In this document: one piece after another, positions 27,394 through 42,319 of the stretch
Numbering within the stretch: the first letter of the stretch is position 1
How the letters are laid out: the number at the start of each line of letters is the position of its first letter
Origin: Chrysomallon squamiferum
Lineage: Eukaryota; Animalia; Mollusca
Length of the DNA stretch: 64,000 nt
NCBI GenBank assembly: GCA_012295275.1
Contig: CM022675.1
Location: forward strand, 4,216,001-4,280,000
Direction of reading: 5' to 3'
The notes under the pieces: model-generated
Database searches by the model: none
Told to the model about the DNA's origin: nothing
What the model saw: the letters and a program-made list of their open reading frames with translations, nothing else
Program-made: the position numbers and the translations under genes

Positions 27394-27444
<51 letters not shown>

Positions 27445-27514
27445 AAGAAAAGTAATAGAAATAACAGTAAAACTGTTAACACATGCGTAAACAGTAGTAG
27501 TAGTAGTAATTAGT

Positions 27515-27666
27515 AACAACAACAACAGCCTCACTAACAGCAACTACAACATTGTTATTTATTTATTTATTTTTAATGAATATTTTGTATACTTAGTAAC
27601 TTGATTATTTAATCTTAATTAACTGTCAAACGTTCGCGGAATCAAATCGTCGCAAGGGACACTTTC
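27515..27666 (+). repeat. Local direct duplication, copy 2 (partner 23283-23446)
   Basis: Same sequence about 4.2 kb downstream. Both copies are preceded by (TAG)n. Confidence 0.85.
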
Positions 27667-29008
27667 ACGTAAAGTAATAATGATGAAAATGTTTGAAAAC
27701 TGGAACATTTAAATAACATTCTGTCGCAGAATTATAAATGCTAATATTTTACTATGTAACTAATGTTGTCTTTTCTTCTTCTTCTTCTTTTGTTTGTTTT
27801 TATTATTTCGCTAAGCATTCTTATAATACGTTTATCTATTTAAAATCTACAATAAAACATCTTTGAAACGATCGTTAACAACTTCCGGTAGCTTCGTCTA
27901 CTTTTTACGTCTTCCGGTATCAACTTCCGGTTTCTTAAGTACACTTTCTGTTTTCGTACACTTTGCTGAGACATTTTATTATTTTTATTTTGAATTTTTT
28001 ATTTTATTTTGTTTATTTGGTTCTTCTGTTTTGTTCAGTACTGTCGTTAAAGAATTAGATTAATGAACTCGTTGATGACTTATCTCAGCGTCCATTACGA
28101 GTCTAGTAAATATATCATCTGTGGTTTGAATCGTGAAAGCGTAAAACGATTTCGGGACAAATTACTCGATGTTTTTGAAATGCAGGGACACATGACGTTG
28201 CATTAGCAGGAATTGTCAGATGAGTTATCTCTCCCTGGCATGCAGATGCATATAAAAGAGTAAGTGTGAAGAAAAAAACCCTTTTTAATGTTTCATGTGA
28301 ACAGTTTTGAAAATTTGCTTCAATGAATAAAGTTTTAAATCTGCAAAATAAAAAAGTAACCAATATATTTTCTTCGTTTTCTTCTTGTCTTTTTAATATT
28401 TCATTTGTGAAATATATCTTCTTCTTTGTCTCTTTGTATTATATAATTGGTACAAACTGTGTTTGTTTTATTGTTGTTGTTGTTTTAGTTTTTTTAGGAG
28501 GGTTTTGTTTTTGTGCGTTAGTGTGTTTGAGTGTATGTGATGTGCGTGTGCGTGTGTAATTGTTTTACTTTAATGACACAAAGTATCTTCTTTGTACCTG
28601 ATGCACAGTAGTGGAAAATATATATGTACAGTTTCTGAAGATTCGCCAAGTAAATTTATTTATGATAGTTCTCGAATTTCCCAATTTGTCCATAATTTAA
28701 TTTATTGGGTTTTGGTTGTTGTTGTTGTTTTTTTTTTTTGTTAAATATAAGCGTTTCTGTATGTATGGCTATGTATGGTAGTTTGCAGTCTGTGTTGTTA
28801 TGAACAGACAGTGGCTAAGTGTGTATGAGTATGAAATTATAAACAAATGCATTTTTGTATGTGCGTATGTAAATATATTTATATGTGTGTGTTTACATGC
28901 ATTTGGGGGGAGGTTATGAAATAATTTTTTCTCTATGTGTCTGTACAATATAATTGTATGTTTCAAGCTTCTAAGTTCCAACAGTTGATTTTCGAATGGT
29001 ACAAGATA

Positions 29009-29218
29009 AAGGAAAAAAAAACTGTTTTATTTAACGAAGTATTCAACACATTCTAAATTCTGCGGTTACGTTTGTACACCTAAATACCACAGAGATAACA
29101 AAACCTTCTTTTCGATCACCAGCAAGGAATCTTTTATATATACAAATACTCATAGCCAGGTTGTGGAACCTTTATTATTTACCCACAGTCCTGCGCGCTA
29201 ACCACTGAGCCAGCGTCC
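29009..29218 (-). mobile_element. Decayed tRNA-derived SINE
   Basis: Minus-strand head GGACGCTGGCTCAGTGGTTAGCGCG (Pol III A box), body ATATAAAAGATTCCTTGCTG, tail AATGTGTTGAA..CGTTAAATAAAACAG. Body and tail motifs are shared with fragments at 45082 and 47098. Confidence 0.7.
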
Positions 29219-29389
29219 ACTTCACAGACAGCTTTAATTTCATCAAATCGCGAAGAAACACAGTTCTCATATCAAGCAATAAAAATGCTCCGAGCGTGTT
29301 TTTTATTCACCACAAATACGTTAATCATTTACACTCTGCAAAACGAGAAAGAAGTTGGGGTTGCACATGAAAAGTGGACGAACAAATCA

Positions 29390-29820
29390 AAGAAAGAAAG
29401 CGCGCGCTCCGCAGCGAGAAAACCAGACGTAATTAGCGACCGGATATGGAAGTGACTTCATGCCACCACGTACTCCTTATACGCCATCTTTGAATGGCGT
29501 TACGAAGTACCGGAAGTGCGGCCATCATGAACTGTTTGCGGGACCTTTTTTGATTTAGCCAAGCGTGAATTTAAAAGCATCGATCAGAGCGAAAAACACG
29601 CGAGTTAAAGTACGCGCGGCTTCTTTTCCACCAACTGTTTAAAGCGTCTGTTGTCAGAAAGCCATTACCATAAACTCGTGCAGCGCTATTTTTGACACTC
29701 GGCTCCAGATTTCTCTCGTTTGCAAACAGATTCAGCTTTCAGCGGGTTTAAATCACGCTAAGCTGGGGTAATCAGGCCTGAGGTGTTTTCGCAGCGCACC
29801 TAAGTTCGTGCAGATCTCTT
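29390..29820. promoter_or_regulatory. CpG-rich promoter/enhancer-like element with ETS and inverted YY1-core motifs
   Basis: ACCGGAAGTG (29509-29518), ACGCCATctttgaATGGCGT (29481-29500) and GCGCGCGC. No ORF. Confidence 0.4.
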
Positions 29821-30004
29821 GTTTCTGAAACGTTTACATCTCTAATTTATTTTCATGGTGACCTCAATAAACGTATTTGTGTAATTAAAACTTGATCTGT
29901 TGGTGTCCTGATACATTTAAACTTAGTATTATTCTTGTTCTTCTTCATTTTTTTCTCTTTTTCTTATTACTACTACTACTACCATTGCCACTACTACTAC
30001 TATA

Positions 30005-30041
<37 letters not shown>

Positions 30042-30219
30042 TACTACTGCTACTGCTACTTCTATGTATTTCATTGGTTTGGGGATTTTTTTCTATGTGT
30101 ATATATTTATTATTCTCGCTATTACAGCTTCTGCTGTTGTGTTGTTCATATAAATATAAAAATACAAAAAGATTATTTCAATATTTCAATATATATACAC
30201 ACACATACACACACACACA

Positions 30220-30356
30220 CAGGGGTACCTTGTCTTACGAGTTTAATTCGATCTGATACCGAGCTCGTATCTCAATTTGCTCGTATATCAAATCCGTTTT
30301 CCCAAATGAAAATAACTGAAATACCATTAATCCGTTCAAGCCCCCCAAAAAACAGG

Positions 30357-30394
<38 letters not shown>

Positions 30395-30813
30395 CTTGTT
30401 TTTAAATAAGAAAAATGTATTTATAAATGACAAATATTGTATAATCAAAGAGAATGTAAAGAAATAAATTGGTTTTGTAAAGTGTATTTATCTTGGAGAT
30501 CAGACAAATTATGTTAACGCCTTTGACTGGAGTTACAGCCTTTATCGACTCCTTCAGCTTCAGGATGGTACTATGCCCGTACTGCCTAGACAAGAGATGC
30601 TTTCGCAGCAAGGAAACCACGTGAAGTAAATGAGTGAGACGCGGGATGCTGGCCGGATATATCGTTGTTCGTTGCGCCAACTAGCGGCGGCGTATCTGAA
30701 GTTCTCTCGTAAGTCGGATTTTGGCTCGCAACACAAAGCAAAAAATCAACCGGGCGACTGCTCGTAACTCGAAAAACTCGTATGTTGGAGCACTCGTAAG
30801 TCGAGTTACAATG
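30220..30813 (-). mobile_element. Second internally deleted Tigger/pogo element of the same family as 3544-4292, opposite orientation
   Basis: Termini CAGGGGTACCTTGTCTTACGAGT ... ACTCGTAAGTCGAGTTACAATG(TA). Shares internal segments with copy 1. Residual peptide SRQYGHSTILKLKESIKAVTPVKGVNII. Confidence 0.87.
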
Positions 30814-31963
30814 TATTATATTTTTTTTAAGGAACATAAAAGAAAAAGTTAATTTGTCTTTTTTCAATCAGTTTATCAAAAGAATTTTTTTTAAATTTTA
30901 AATCAAAGAAACAAAAAATGAAAAGTTGAAATAGAATGCACTTCAAAAGATAATAGCTATTAATTTCAGTCCTATTATTGTTTTTGTTTCTAACATTGAT
31001 TTTTCTTTCTTTTTGCTTTCTCCAGTGTACCAGTTTGGTCCATACTAAAAATATTTGTCTTCGTTTCGTTTAATAGTAGCTAAAGGAAAATACATATATT
31101 CAAAATAAAATAAAATAAAGTAAGTAAATAAATAAATAAATGATGGATGGATGGATGAATGGATGGACTGATAGACAGATAGAGAGACAGACAGATAGAT
31201 AGCTAGACAGATAGATAGACAGATATAGACAGATAGATAGACAGAGATAGATAGATATCGATGGATAGCCAGATCGATAGAGAGATAGATAGATAGAAGA
31301 CAGACAGATACAATACAAAATAAAATGATTTTATATTTATTTCAATTTCGAAATCCTGTTTTAAACAAAGTATTATTTTCCTAGAAATACTCCAGTACTT
31401 CTGTGTGAAAAAACACTATATTATCTTTATTTTTTATTTTTTATTGTATGTATTTTATTTATTACATAACGTGAGAGCGCGCGCGGGTGCATGCATGCAT
31501 GTGTGTGTGTGTTATTGTTTCCTGGGGCGGAGATTATCCTCTTTTGTGTATTGTTTTCTGAGGGGATAATTAAAAAAAAAAGAAAAAAAAGACAATTTTC
31601 GTTATTTATTTTCTTTTCTGTTCTTCTGTTTTCTTCTTGAAGTCTACTGAGATAAGAGATTAGAGTTTTGCTTGCTGTGTAATTCTTCATGTGGTGAGCC
31701 GCATTTTAGTAAACTTATTTCGTCACTGTGAAAAACGAAACACTGGACTTTATGATCCGTTAAATGAAAATTTATTGACATGTTCATAATAGAAATAATA
31801 ATTCACTTCGAAGCATAGTGGGTTTAAAAACCAATATTTATTGAGGTTAATAAATTTGTAATACTTCAGTGTCGTATGATTTATGTTTTTGCCTGTAAAA
31901 TAGCTGAATTATTAACACTACCTCACAAACCACTTTATCATATAACTCCCAAATTAACTGTTA

Positions 31964-32034
<71 letters not shown>

Positions 32035-32721
32035 TTTGTTGTTGTTGTTTTTGTTGTTGTTAATATTTTCATTTTGTTGATGTTTTATTGTTAGGTTAGA
32101 TGTTTTTGTTGTTGTTATGGGTTTGTTTTGTTTTATAATATTTTTATTATTATTATTATTATTATTATTGGCATGTTTATTATTATTTAGTTTTACTTTT
32201 TATTATTTATTTATTTATTTTTTGTATAAAAATCATTGCTTTTTGTTAATAATTTTCTTTCTTCTTTTCTTCTTTTCTTTTTCTTTCTTTAATTTTTCAC
32301 TCTGTTTCTTCTATCAAGTATATCTGAAAGGTTTTTGTAGCTGCCAAATTCATAAGTTATTTCTCGCTATACATAAATATTAAAATATTTTATTACTTGA
32401 GAAATAATACGATTAATATTCTGTAGCTGGACTAAATATTTTGTTTGTGCTTTCAGAAAGGTCGCTAATATTTCGTTATATTCCTTTAAAATATGAATGC
32501 TTATTTTTTTGTTTGTTTGTTTGTTTTTTTATATGAGAAAGCTTTCTGTTGATCCAATAACAGAGAACTATTTGTTACAAGACCAGCATTTTCAGTTTGA
32601 TAAAGACAATAACTCGATTTATCAATATTGTTCGCAAATTTCTGCTTTAGTCGTATATGTCGTCAAAGAACAGTTTAGGGCACGAGCATTCACCGCGAAG
32701 TGCCTTTTCGTGTTCGGCGGT

Positions 32722-33106
32722 GTGTGTGTGTAAATAACAAAATTCGTCTTGCGCAGATCTATACACGATAAGCGAGTTCGCGTATTTCACTTCCGGTCTC
32801 GTGTGATTCCGTGCAGTTTTTTTTTTATGTTTTCAGCGACACGGTTCACCTCGTTTGTTTCTGACTGCACAGACCTGAAGAAGAATGAAGACACAAAGAA
32901 AACAGCGGATTGTTCATGGTAGATTAATTAAAACGGTTAATTAACTTTGATTTTTACATCTCGTATTAAGTATTTCTGCGTTATTTGGCCTATTTAGTCA
33001 AGAGAAGTAATTACAAAGAGGCTGTTACCGGGTTTTTGAATTTTTTTATTTCACCTATTTCAAATGATTTGATATGTATGTGTTTTTGTTTTTTTTAATA
33101 TATATT

Positions 33107-33137
<31 letters not shown>

Positions 33138-33225
33138 TATTAGGTAGGTATATATAATTTTTTATATGTGTATATATATGTATGTATGTATGTATTACGT
33201 AGGTATATATATAATTTTTTATATG

Positions 33226-33266
<41 letters not shown>

Positions 33267-33453
33267 ATATATTCTTATTCCGGTTTAAAAAATATTTAAC
33301 GACAATATATAAAGTGTATTAGAATAAAATTAAACTAGTCAAAACAAAAAACAGCACAAAACTTTGTATGGACTCTCACGAGAATATGAATACGCAAATT
33401 CACTTATCGTATATAGATCTGAGTGAGACAAATTCTGTTATTTAGATACACAC
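32722..33453. repeat. Inverted repeat pair (arms 32722-32787 and 33388-33453), possible MITE termini
   Basis: The 56-bp cores match at 47/56 positions in inverted orientation, about 600 bp apart. Confidence 0.8.
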
Positions 33454-34420
33454 ATAGCGTTATCCACATATTATAAATTAAAAAGAGAGAGATAAACCTA
33501 CAGACTCGATTATACACAAACAAATATGTCTGGAACTTGTCATAACGTAATCTCGACTTTTTTCATTCTCTTATTTAACTCAAAGAATAAAGAGGAAGAA
33601 AAAAAACTTTATGTAATCAGACGAGTGAATACATTTTAATAGGAGGGGAAGAGACTCTTTCAGCTCCTGCGAGCTCCTTTCAGCTCCTATCACTTCCCAT
33701 GAGAATCTAATAAAAGTGTAGTTTCAAATGAAGTGTAGTTTCAAATGAAGTGCAGATTTTTTTTAATTTTAATTTTTTTTTTTTTTCTTTTCTTATGGCG
33801 GTTTATTCTGATGCAGTAGCATTTCCTCGTTAACGCAATTTCAACACAGCGGGCTTAATTTAAACTTGGCGCAGGTCTACAAATCTAATTACATGTCTGC
33901 GAGGTTTTAACAACAGGCAAACCTGCGAGACTTCGCCGAATTGATTTCTTCGTAAAGCGCTTCGCACCAATTCGGTGATCGTCGAGTACATCCGGAGCTT
34001 TCCCTCGGGAATTTCCGCCCGTCGTCTAAACATGACCGTTCATTAGTAAAAGCGCGACGTGTTATCCAAACTGCGACGTCTTGAGACGCGCGCGCGTCTA
34101 AATTCAGCGACAGAAGGGAGTTGTGTCCTCCTCTCGCGGAGTCCTTGCGATGATCAGAAGTGAGTTTCAATTAATTTTATTGATTGGCCGACCGCCAGCG
34201 AGAAGCGGAATCGCAAACAACAACAAAGACGATTTGAGAAGATTTGAGAAATTTCGTCGGCGTTCTTGCGTCGAAAATTTAGATTTATGTAACGGTGTTT
34301 TTGTGTTTTTTTTGTGGTTGTTGAAAATTACGTTTATGTTTTAACCAGAGCTTGTCTGCATGTCGCGTTCAAATCCCGAGACGACAAGACGAAGGCATTT
34401 ATTTGACAGTCTGATATAGT

Positions 34421-34479
<59 letters not shown>

Positions 34480-35372
34480 CTGACTCTCCTTACCTTGTCC
34501 ACAAACAGGTATTAAAAGCAGAATTTTCCTAAATAAGTATAATAGTTTTTTCAGTTATTTTTTTTTACGTTATTTGATTATTGACTATTGATTCAGACAT
34601 ATTTGTCGATACTCCAAGATACGAGACTTAATCATTAAATCATGAGCCGTGAGAAAAAGTATTATTCTCACTATTTTATTTTTAAGACAAACAAAAAAAA
34701 AAAAAAAAAAAAAAAAAAAGAAAGAAAAAGTAATAAAACACACTCAACAACTAAGAAAAGACAAAAAAAAAAAAAAAAAAATAACAAGAGATAACAGAAA
34801 TTCAAAAAAAAATAAAAATTCAAACAAAACAAACAAAAAAATGATTAAAATGAAAAGTTATATCAAACTGAACCCACCTGAACAATCCAACGACTTCCGG
34901 TCCACTGCTCAATAATCCCACCTTCTTTTTCGGAGAGCTCGGATCGACGAAGGCAGACGACAAGTCTCGCTGGCTCAGATGATTAAATGATTAAATGATT
35001 AGGAGATCCGGCTGTATAGTTTTCCAAAGTCGAATAATCACTCGTCGTTAACATCTCGTTTCCATATTGATTCTCCAGCCCATTTCCTCTTGTATTGTAA
35101 ACACTTCCTCCGTCTTCAGCCGTAAGAAAATGTCTTCATTACGACAAAGACGACGTCCAAAGAACTGATGCTTTATTTAGATTCTTTTATTTTCCCTCTT
35201 TTTTTTTTAATCCTTTTTATTATTTTTTATTCTTTCACGATACTACACTTATTCTAGATTCAGTAAAATTAATGCTATATAATCTGCGTGTAAAATATAT
35301 ATTGTATATTGATATCGAAAATATTTAGATGTAGTAGTAGTAGTGGTGGTAGTAGTGGTAGTGGTCGTCGTC

Positions 35373-35419
<47 letters not shown>

Positions 35420-35606
35420 GGTGGTAGTAGTAGTAGTGGTATTGGTACTAATAATAATACTATTTATTTATTGTGTGTTTGCAAAAGCGAATATGCACGT
35501 AAGTAGGTATACGTATATGTGTATTTATAAAAGAAAACTGATAAGTAATTGGATACGTATTTATCGCACAGTAGTTAAAAGACTAAAATGAAAACACATT
35601 CCATTA

Positions 35607-35607
<1 letters not shown>

Positions 35608-35697
<90 letters not shown>
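35608..35697. repeat. (TAA)n microsatellite
   Basis: Directly visible. Confidence 0.97.
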
Positions 35698-35698
<1 letters not shown>

Positions 35699-36102
35699 TA
35701 TAGAAAAAGAGGGTTGTCATCGACAGTAGAATACTATATTAACATAAGCTTAATCAAAATCTGTTAATATTAATTTTAAATATAAGTGTCCATATATATT
35801 ATTATATTATATAATGAACAGTTTTATTCATTACTAAATAGAAATGAATCATATTATTATTATTATTATTATTATTATTGTAGTTGCTGTTAATGTTGTT
35901 GTTGTTATTTTTATTATTATTATATAAGTGCAGACTGCACAGTATTTATTTTACATGCAATTTATTACATTATTTATATCACATATATAACACGTGTACA
36001 TACGTCTGTAAATACTTCAGTATGTGTATGTAGCTTGAATACATGAATCGTGTATATAATTGTATATATGTACGGGATGCTAGCGAACAGAAACCAAATT
36101 AT

Positions 36103-36156
<54 letters not shown>

Positions 36157-37876
36157 CAGTTTGTACATAATAATCTATGTATGTGTGTTTTACATGCATT
36201 GTGTCTCTCCGTCTGCGAACGCATTACACGAGAAATGGTTAGGTTTTCAAAACGGTATATCCGCAAATACCATGAAAGGGATTGGCATTTTTAATTCAAT
36301 AATATATTAAGCCTTGGTCAAAAAACCGGAAAAACGAAGATATCCAGTTCACATATCTATGAGCGGTCTGAAAGTTGTCGCAAAATTTTGATTATTATGT
36401 GTATTTAAACTAGGGGAGAATACTCTTATCAGTTAAAATGTTATAATTAAAGAATTATGTCCCTTATTAATGCGCATACACCATGATTTTCGAAATTACA
36501 AAAGAAATCCCTCTTTGAAATGTATAAGAAAAATAAACTCAAGTAATAATAAATTTAAATAATCATAATAACAAAGAAGAAAGAAAAAAAAAAAGAAGAG
36601 AGTAATAAAAAGAGGAAAAATATATATAAAAATAATAACACGAACAATTCCTAATGCTGAGCCGAAATAATATTATCAATTGAATACTAACTTGAAAAAC
36701 GAGATTTTTTTTTTCTAAATCATTTTAGTAATAATAATAACAATTATATGATGATAAAACTTTATAGAAAAGCAAAAATGCCTAAAGCAGACACCGTGAA
36801 CTTAATTTATATTTAAGAAAAATAAATATATATATTTAAAAAAAATGAAAGAGTTATAAAATAATAATTGCGAGATTTAAAACACATAAATTATAATAAT
36901 CAACGTAATAAACGTAAATTCCTTGCAGTGTTTTTGTTGCTTTGCATGGCAACAGCTTGATCGTGTCAGTTTCCGGAAGTTTACTCCCTGAAGCCAAGTT
37001 TTAAATTTGTAAATGTACTTTAATAGCTTACACAACCTTTTTCAACGATATCATCCTTAATTTAGTTATTATTAGTATCATTATTATTATTATTTTTGTT
37101 GTTGTTGCTGATATTATTATTATTATTATTATTATTACCACTTCTACTGTTGTTATTGATATAATTATGCTATTGATACTACCATTATTTTAAGTAATTT
37201 ATTAATTTATATATTTATTCACATTTTACATTTTATAATTGCTACGATTATTTAAAACATCTCACAATTTCATTTAGTTATTTAGTTATTTATTTTTTTA
37301 TTTCATTAGTATGTTTCTAAAATGAGATTTCAAATAAAATATATAATTTGATGTGGTGTTGTCATATTTGTTATGACTGTGTTGCTTAATGGAAAAAACG
37401 AAACAGCTGCACAAAATCTTTGTTACTCGTTTTAACTTTCGTCTGAAGTAATATTTGTTTAAAATCATGTAAAAATGTATAAAAATAAATCTCTTGATGG
37501 ATATTAATAACTTACGTTTACTTATGTTTCTTTTTGGAAATTTAAGAGTTTATTTTTATTTCGTCAGACAATGTATAATAATGCACGTGACTCGACAAAG
37601 CAGACGTCAGAAGTTTCACATTTAAAGTAGGCCACTTTTGACAGGATTGTTTATAAAGCATTTTGACACTCTATTTTATTACGTTACTAGACTTTCTCTG
37701 TTTTAAATTACAAACCATCGGAGGAACGAGATTTAGAAGATGACGACGGTGAAGAAGAAGGAAAAAAAAAGAAAAAAAAAAAAAAAAGCGAAAGAAACTA
37801 AAAATAAAGAAAGGTGAAACTACTGGAAGCACACTAAATTAAAAAAAATATATGTATAAGTTAGTATGAAGTGTAA

Positions 37877-37951
<75 letters not shown>

Positions 37952-37973
37952 AAGAGAGATAACCGAGGCAGAG

Positions 37974-38006
<33 letters not shown>

Positions 38007-38261
38007 ATATAGATAATAATTTCAGCATGTTTGCAAGGACAATAGTAATGAAGACGACAATCATTCTGAGAACTAAGCTCTGTTATGACATACAGATGTG
38101 ATAAGGCAATGAGAAATAATTGTTTGTTTATCGTGAGTTACGGTTGTAAAACGATTTTGTCAGGAGTTACAGAAAAGAATTTTTCTGTTTGTTCTTAATC
38201 CCAAATGTATAAACTAACATGCGTCAACAACAAAGAATTTATTTTTTTGTTTATGAATACT

Positions 38262-38370
<109 letters not shown>

Positions 38371-38991
38371 TACATACACATATACAAGTACAAACTCATA
38401 CACACACATAAATATTTGTATTTAATTTTTGTCATGCCTTTATATCGGTATTGATGTTATACAACATTGCGATAAAATAAATATTTGAAGTTATTATCCA
38501 TATTCTAAACAAAAATAAATGTTTGTTGGTTACATTGCTTACATATTTGTGTATTAGTAAAATAATGCATTAAAACTCTTTTAGAATATCAGTCACCATA
38601 ATCTAATTCTGATTGTCGTATGGTTTTTATTTTTATTTTGAGAACAATCTATATTTTCATGAATTTTTAAAATGATTAATTTGATATGTCATGACTTCTC
38701 TGTCATTTCTTCACAGACTATCATGAACACAGTATGTGAAAACAACTTACAAGCGATAAATAATTAAAATATTGATTTAGTATAATCAAACAAACTTTAG
38801 GTTGTACAAGATTTTGCAAGTTTCAAAGTTGGATATTTCAGTTACAAAACAAAATTGTTGTAGAATTATTTAAAAAGAAGAAAAGATAGAAATAAGTTTT
38901 ATCTATATGTAGAAAACAGTAATTTATTACAAATGTAATATTTTAATAATCATGTTGGAATTTAAAGTAATTAAGAAAGAAAGATGAAAAA

Positions 38992-39039
<48 letters not shown>

Positions 39040-39089
39040 ATAAAATAAATAAAGTAAAAATAAAGCATATGTTCATAATATCACTAATT

Positions 39090-39604
39090 GTTTTTTGACG
39101 TGATTTCGTGGCCTCAAGCAAGTCTAATATTCGCATCAAAAAGTCGCGCGCCAAATGTCTTTGGACTCAGCTGCCTGAGGAAATATTAACTAACAGTTGC
39201 AGAAGTGGAAAGAGGCTGCAAATTATTTGTTGCTAGCAGACGTCGCTTATTTTCCCAACATGCCGCAGCTGGTGGCGAGTGCAGAAGTCTGTTAAGTTTA
39301 CTATCTTCACCTTTCGAAAGACGTTTTATTTTTTTTTCTCTCCTCTCTTTCTCTCTTTTCTTTAAACTGCGTCTCGACAGGATTATTTCTGGATACGGTT
39401 GCAAAGTTATTGGCACGTGGACAGTTTTGTTGCTGCCTGCAACAACGGCAGTGATAGTTTACTACTTTTAACTGGGTGGTATGGCCTTTCGTTCGCTGTG
39501 ATTTTGCGCGGGAAATAGTGATACACTTCCTCATAGCTTTGACCTCAAAAGCATCAGTGTCATTTCAAAGTATGGATTTTTAGCGGAATAGTAAAAACCA
39601 GTCA
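39090..39604 (+). promoter_or_regulatory. Putative promoter and non-coding first exon of a large + strand gene
   Basis: CpG-rich unique block with TGACGTGA (39096-39103) and an E2F-like CGCGCGCCAAA (39145-39155), ending at donor CA|GTAAGT (39605). Only short uORFs. The downstream sequence is CpG-depleted. Confidence 0.55.
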
Positions 39605-39630
39605 GTAAGTATTTTGTTTTATTATTTTAT

Positions 39631-39674
<44 letters not shown>

Positions 39675-39893
39675 TATAACAACATTCAAAGGAAAATAAT
39701 CATAAAAGGAATGCATCTTTTTTTCCCCCCTTTGTTGTAAGGTTTTAAGCGATACAGTATTCTAACTATTCTCTGTATTGTAACAGTATTATTCTTTTTT
39801 AATTCATGCGCAAAATCGGAAATGTGGGTCACAACTCTATACTTTTGTATCTCTACGACTGGCGGACCAGCTTTTATTTATTTTTTATTATTA

Positions 39894-39938
<45 letters not shown>

Positions 39939-40615
39939 TGTTGTTGTATTTTTCAGTTAAACGATTAATTAGTTTTTATTATATGGATCTCAGTTCGCGG
40001 ATATTTTAAATAAATATCCATTAAATTACACACGTTAAAGATACACATTTATTTATAAACGTAACTAATACTACATACTAATATGAAACTTGTTATTTAA
40101 TATCGTACTGATTTACAACAATCGACAAGAAAGCGACGGCTGGAAATATTTATGTTTTGGACGGTCACGCCTAACTAACATATAATACTTTTGTTAGTGA
40201 TATTAGTAGTAACTGGACACGGTAATTATTTTATTTATGTGAAATATATTGTGACATTTGAATATATACCAGTCAGGTTTGGCAGATTTTTTTTTCTTTT
40301 CTTTCTTTCTTTCTTTCTATTTTTTATTTTTTTTTTTAATTTTATTATTATTATTATTATTATTAACCCTACTGTGTTGTTGTTCACAAATGTCCTTTTA
40401 TGAATATAAATATGCATCTAAACAAATTCTTTGTGAGCCTATAATAGTAACCGTTGTATAGTTATAATAGCAGTTGTTGCTGTTGTTGTTGTAATTTAGT
40501 AGTAATAGTAGTTGTTGTTGTCATAGTAATTGTAGCATATACAGTAGTAAATTCCCATTAATTTTATAATTAGAATAAGTTTATATTTATTTGTTTATTT
40601 ATTTATTTTATATTA

Positions 40616-40669
<54 letters not shown>

Positions 40670-41187
40670 TGTTTTATTTTTTTTTTTTTTTTTTTTTATT
40701 TTTTTATGTTGTGATATTTATAATTTGTTATAAAAATTTGTTGAATGGAGAAATGTGGGTCAGATATTTTCAGTGATCAAGATGGTGTCAGTGATGGATT
40801 ATCTCCCTCAGGCTAATAACCTGACAGGTTAATACATTATATCCAGTTCCAACCATATAAGCTGCTCACATTTTCTTGTATGCCTCTCTCTCTCTCTCTC
40901 TCTCTCTCTAACAGTTTCACTTTCAACCATGTCCTTATTTCATTATTTCTCTTTTACTTTCTTTCTTTCTTTCTCACTTTCTTCCATCTCATTCTGTTTC
41001 TCTCAGTTATTTTCACATTTTTCTCTTACTTTCATTCATCTTACATACTCTTTCTCTATTTCTCTCTTTCTTTCTTCAATCTCTCATTCTCCTGTTTCTC
41101 TCTATTTCAATCTTTCTTTCTCTCTCACTTTCATCTCTCATTCTCTGTTTTACTGTCTATATATTTGTATGTATAACTGTGTGTGTA

Positions 41188-41239
<52 letters not shown>

Positions 41240-42235
41240 CATTCACATGTGTTTTTGTTTTGTTCCATGCTGATACAGGTTTATCTTACATTAGTTCTAC
41301 ACAGTTACTGCAGAGTCCATTAATGAAAAAAATAAGAAAAAAAATCACTTCAAAGTTAACCTCTTTGTGTTTTTATCTGAATGTTTATCTTAGATAACTG
41401 ACTGTAATTTGTCTAGCTGAATTCCTGGATAATTGTATACAACTAGATCTTGTGTATTTGTGTGTGTGTTTTTATGTGTGTGTATGTTGTGTTGTGTTGA
41501 TGTGGTTATGTGTATGTGTTGTGGTGGTTATGTGTATGTGTTGTGTGTGTTAATGTGTTATGAGTGTATGTGTTTGTTACAATATATTTTGCAGTTTGAT
41601 TATGATCTGTATTATGTGCATATAATTAACACATTATATTATATACACATACATACATACATACATGCATACATGCATACATGCATACATACACACATAC
41701 ATAGATACATACATTTACATATATATATACATATACATATATATACATATACAAATATATATATATATATATGTAATATATTTTTAGTGTATATTTGTTC
41801 ATAAACTTTATTTAACATTATATTTCTTAATCTTTAAAACGAGTACAGCTTTAGGAAACACAGAAGTTAAACACAAAGTTGTAGACTGAAAGAGACTCAG
41901 AAAACCTGCCTCCATTTCAAATTCTCATTAGTCAACCAGTTCTGGGAAGGTTTCATCGTTATTTCGAGAATGGTGCCAAGAATTTTTTGTTTCAGGGGCA
42001 AAAAACCAAAAAACAACCTGCTTTAGCAAACAACTTGGCACACAAAAAAAAAAAAGGCATATCAAATCTAAGTCAGGGAAGGAAACAAGATTAGTGTTGC
42101 TATGACAACCAAACCGGTACCACACAACTAGTAGAAAATAGATGTGTTGGTACCAGGTAACTGATTTGTATCTGTGTTAGTGTTTTTACAGAATAACCAG
42201 GAATGTGCTTTGAGGTGTATATATATATATATATA

Positions 42236-42319
<84 letters not shown>

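Noticed and set aside
33840-34400. CpG-rich block with 87- and 73-aa ORFs
   Set aside because: Non-ATG starts and no convincing splice sites or motifs. Possibly an enhancer, but not supportable as coding.
39205-39534. 88-aa (+) and 75-76-aa (-) ORFs in the CpG-rich block
   Set aside because: No recognisable homology, they cross a pyrimidine tract, and all + frames stop before the donor. Better explained as 5' UTR.
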